Positions 60,301 to 64,000 of a DNA stretch of 64,000 nucleotides are shown piece after piece; positions within the stretch are counted from its first letter, which is position 1, and each line of letters opens with the position of its first letter. The translations under genes were made by a program, and so were the position numbers. The notes beneath the pieces are model-generated. The model saw only the letters and a list, made by a program, of their open reading frames with translations, was not told where the DNA came from and ran no database searches. Origin of the DNA: Dehalococcoidia bacterium (GTDB lineage: Bacteria > Chloroflexota > Dehalococcoidia > UBA6926); assembly GCA_963666115.2 (NCBI GenBank), contig CAXXET010000007.1:224001-288000 (forward strand). The letters are read 5' to 3'.

Positions 60301-63300
60301 GCCTTGTCCTCGGCGAGGGCGACCAGGCTGCCCTCCATCGTCCGGTACTGGTAGGTCGTGATGGACGGGTCGTTCGGGTTATTCCACGTCAGCGTGGCAT
60401 TGCTGATGTCCACCACCACGTTGGCCGTGAACTGGTCGGGCATCTCCGGTATCAGGACGATCTCCACCGCGTCAGACGGCACGCCTCCGTCCACGGCGCT
60501 GCTCGCCACGTTCGCCGCGCGCACCTGGAAGCGGTACACGTCATTGGCCAGGCTCGTCCTGACGTACGACCTGGTATCGCCGTCGCTGCTGGGAACAGCC
60601 CGCCACTCCGCCGCGTTCAGCATGGTCGTCCATTCCGTCTCCGTCGTGTCCGTGTCGCCGCTCGCGGCGCGCCAGTCCCATGACGTGATGGACGGATCCG
60701 CCGGGGATGGCGGCGCCCACGTGAGCGTCACGTTGAAGTCGTTTGTGCGCGCCACGTACGTATCGCTGAGGGTCAGGCTGGCGGGCTTGCCCGGCGTGAG
60801 CGTGACGGTGGCGGTGGCGGACGCCGCGCCCTTGCCGGACGAGTTGACCGCGCGCACCTGGAACTGGTAGCCGCCGGGGCCGGTGACGCCGAAGGGGATG
60901 GTGTAGCTGCGGGTGTTGTTCTTGCTGCCGGGGATGGCCGTCCAACCGGCGCTGTTGAGGTCCTGACGCTCGGAGGTCGCGCGGTACTCCCAACTCAGGA
61001 TGGAGGAGTCGGCAGGCGAAACCGTCCAGGCGACCGAGACCTGGAAGTTGTTGGTGGCCTGGAGGTACGCCTTGCTGGCGGTCAGCGTTGCGGGCGCGGC
61101 AGGCTTCGCGGGCAGCGAACTCGTCGCGGTGGCCGACGCGGGGCTGATGCCGGCCGGGTTCACCGACCGGATCTGGAACTTGTACGCGGTGTCGTCGCTC
61201 AGGCCGGTTGCCTCATACGACGTGGCGGACGCGCTCGCGCTGATGGTCGTCCACGCCTTCACGCCCGACGCCGTGTGGTTGGCGCCGGGTCTTCACGCCC
61301 TCAACCTGGTAGGTGAACGACGCGCCGCTGGTCAGATTCTTTGTGAATGTATGCGAGTTGAGCGTTCCGACGGCGCAGGGCGACGCGCAGGTGATATTCG
61401 TCCACGCGGAGCCGTCCGTGCTGTACCGCCAGCCGGTGATGCCGCTGTCATTGGGATTCGTCCACTCCAGCGTGATCTCCTGCGTGGCGACGCCCTTGCC
61501 GACGATGAAGTCCGCATTGCTGCCCGTCCAATGCCGCATCTGCCACTTGGTGATGGACGGGTAGTTCGGGCTTGTCCAGGAGAGCGTCGCCTTCTGCTGC
61601 CCCGCCGCCGAGCTCAGTCCCTTCGGTTGGAGAGGCGTGGTGGCGGTGGAGGCGACGTCCGAGCCCGGCCCATACACGTTGTTGGAGTTCTTGGCGCGCA
61701 CCCGGAACGAGTATGTCGTGCCGGTGTTCAGCCCAGACGTAATGCTGTGCGAGTTGGTGTTGGCGCCGCTGTTGGAAATGGGCCGTCCAATTGCCCCAGT
61801 TGCCGCTGCCCTTCCTCTGGCGGAACTCCCAACCCGTGATGTTGTTGCCGGTGGTCGGTATTGCCGTCCACGACAGGCTGACGTTCGTGCCGGTTGCGGT
61901 GGCGGTTAGGTCCTGAGGCTGCGGCGGGACGGCTCTCGGCGTCTGCGACACGCTATCAGTCGCAACGCCGGTTCCCGTCCCGTTGACGGCGCGAATTTGG
62001 AAGTTGTACGGCGTGTTGTTGGTGAGCTGCGTCACCGTGTACGAGGTCGTGGTCGCCTTGCTGTTCGAAATGGTAGACCAGTTCGATCCGCCATCCTTGC
62101 TGTACTGGTAGCCGGTGATGGATGAGTCGTCCGGGTCGTCCCACGTGAGAACCACCCGCCGGTCTCCCGGCTCGGCCGTCAGGCCCGTCGGCTTGGCCGG
62201 ATACAGCGTGGGCGAGGACGCGTCCGATGCCGCGCCGTTCCCCGTCGCGTTGACCGCCCGGATTTGGAACGTGTACGCCGTGCCGTTGTCGAGGCTGCTT
62301 ACCGTGTAGGTGGTGGTGGACGCGCTCGTGCTCATTTGCGTCCAACTGCCGTAGGTGCCCGTGGTCTTCTTCCGGTACTGCCACTTGGTGATGCTGGAGT
62401 TGTCCGGGTTGTCCCAGCCAAGCGTCGCCTGCCCGTTGCCGCCCGTTGCCGTGAAGTTGGTGGGCTTGGCCGGATACTGGACGAACTTGGACGACGTGGC
62501 GGCATCGCCGACGCCATTCGGCCTGGCGTTGTTCACCGCGCGCAGCTGCGCCTTGTACGACTTCCCGTTGGCGACAGATGTGATGGTGTGAGTCGTGCTG
62601 TTATGGTTGCTGCCGGAAATACTCTTCCAGCCCTCGCTCGTCGATGGCGTGGTCGTCACGGTGTCCAGCGCCGACCCGGCGCCGGTCGTATAGGGCCGCA
62701 CCTCGAATTGGTGCGACGCGCCGTTCGTCAGGCTCGTCACCGTGTGGGTCGTCGTGGTCGCGCTGCTGCTGGAAATGTCCGCCCACGATTCCCAATTCTC
62801 CGTGCCCTCCTTGTAGCGGTACTGCCACTTGGTGATGTTGGAATTGTTGGGATCGGTCCAGTTCAGCACAACCTGCGCGTTGCCCGGCACGGCCTCCAGT
62901 CCGCCCTCGCCGGCCTCCCAGTAGCGGTACTGGTAGCGGTAGCCGGTGGTGCTGGTGTCGGTGGTCTTCGTCCAACGGAGCGTCGCCTGGCCGTCGCCGC
63001 CCGTTGCCGTGAGGCCGGACGGCGTGGACGGCCGGGCCAGCGGAATGACCGTGGCCGTATCGGAAATGGGGCTGGCACCCGCGTCGTTCTTTGACCGAAC
63101 CTGGAACGTGTACGTCGTGTTGTTGGTCAGGGAACCGACAGTGTGCGTCGTGTAGCCGGGCGTCTGCTCGGTGTTGACGGTAACCCAGTCGCCGTAGCTG
63201 CCGCCGGACTTGTAGCGGTACTCCCAGCTATGGAAGTACTTGTGGCCGGTGTTGAACCAGCGGAGGAGCGCGCTCCCGTCACGCGAGGTCGCGTTCAATT

Positions 63301-64000
63301 GCGTCGGCTTGTTGGGCGCGCTCGCCACCGGAACGGCAGTCGCGGAGTCCGACGCCGGGCCCGCGCCGCTGACGTTCACCGCGCGAATCTGGAACCGTAC
63401 CTTGGAGCTGTTGTCCAGCCCCGTCACCGTGTGGCTCGTTGTGGTCGCGCTGCTGGCGATCGCCCGCCACTGGCCCCACGATGCCGACGGATGCCCATAG
63501 CGCAGCTCGTAGCGGGCAATCGAGGCGTTGTTCGGGTTCGTCCACGACAGGCTAACCTGCGTGTTGCCGCCCGTCGCCGTCAGTCCGGTTGGCTTGCCCG
63601 GCAGCGCGCGCGGCGTCGCCGACTTCGCATCGGACTGCGTGCCGTTGCCGGTGCCGTTCACCGCGCGAATCCTGAACGTGTACTCCGTGTCGTTGGTGAG
63701 GCTGCCAATGGTGTACGTCGTGGTGGACGCGCCGCTGCTCGGTATCGTCGTCCAGTTGCCCGTGTCCTGCTTGTACTCCCAGCTCGTAATCGAGGAGTTG
63801 TTCGGATTCGTCCACGTCAGCTTCACCTTTTGGACGTTCGGCGTCGCCCTGAAGCCCGTCGGCTTGGCGGGCGCGGCCACCGGGGTCGCCGTCTTCGCAT
63901 CGGACGACGCGCCGTTGCCGCTGATATTCACGGCGCGGAGCCTGAACGTATACGTCGTGTTGTTCGTGAGGCTCGGGACGGTGTACGTCCTGGTGGTCGA
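57300..64000 (-). CDS. Giant membrane-anchored FN3-repeat protein, 5'-truncated by the window and interrupted by two +1 frameshifts
   Basis: ORFs 61448-63931, 61213-61701 and 57300-61262 join into continuous FN3 repeats if one extra C is removed at 61780-82 and at 61287-89; C-terminal Calx/PKD-like domains, Pro-Thr linker, TM helix, poly-Arg. Confidence 0.85.
57950..58175 (-). repeat. Pro-Thr/Pro-Glu low-complexity linker coding repeat
   Basis: [31 protein letters not shown]... Confidence 0.85.

Noticed and set aside
49550-64000. CRISPR array or DGR template/variable repeats in the repetitive region
   Set aside because: Repeats are in-frame coding FN3 modules; no constant repeat-spacer period, no adenine-specific mismatch pair noticed, no cas or RT gene

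Overview
GC-rich bacterial chromosomal segment. Gene content suggests Chloroflexota/Dehalococcoidia (SAR202-like), and the giant FN3/GLUG proteins and many TA modules suggest a host-associated, possibly sponge-symbiont lifestyle (inference). The core backbone has tsaD, tilS, an argJ-argB-UPF0182-argD-purF-purM-purH run, gyrA, pyrC-carA-carB-pyrK, and split xanthine-dehydrogenase-family subunits with MaoC/CaiB genes. It is interrupted by small accessory islets: four TA-like pairs, an ABC-ATPase+PIN pair, lone NucS-like and GIY-YIG nucleases, and a matrixin. Several islets are bordered by REP-like palindromes. Highlights missed by the ORF track: (i) an ArsC/Spx-family selenoprotein with an in-frame UGA (UxxC) and a SECIS-like hairpin; (ii) two coupled giant surface proteins whose FN3 domains carry other FN3 domains or an unrecognised ~140-aa module nested in their loops, the upstream gene being split by two single-base frameshifts; (iii) a duplicated sigma70 promoter/small-RNA-like unit flanking a TA module with a deleted toxin. 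No rRNA, tRNA, CRISPR array, integrase or transposase was seen.
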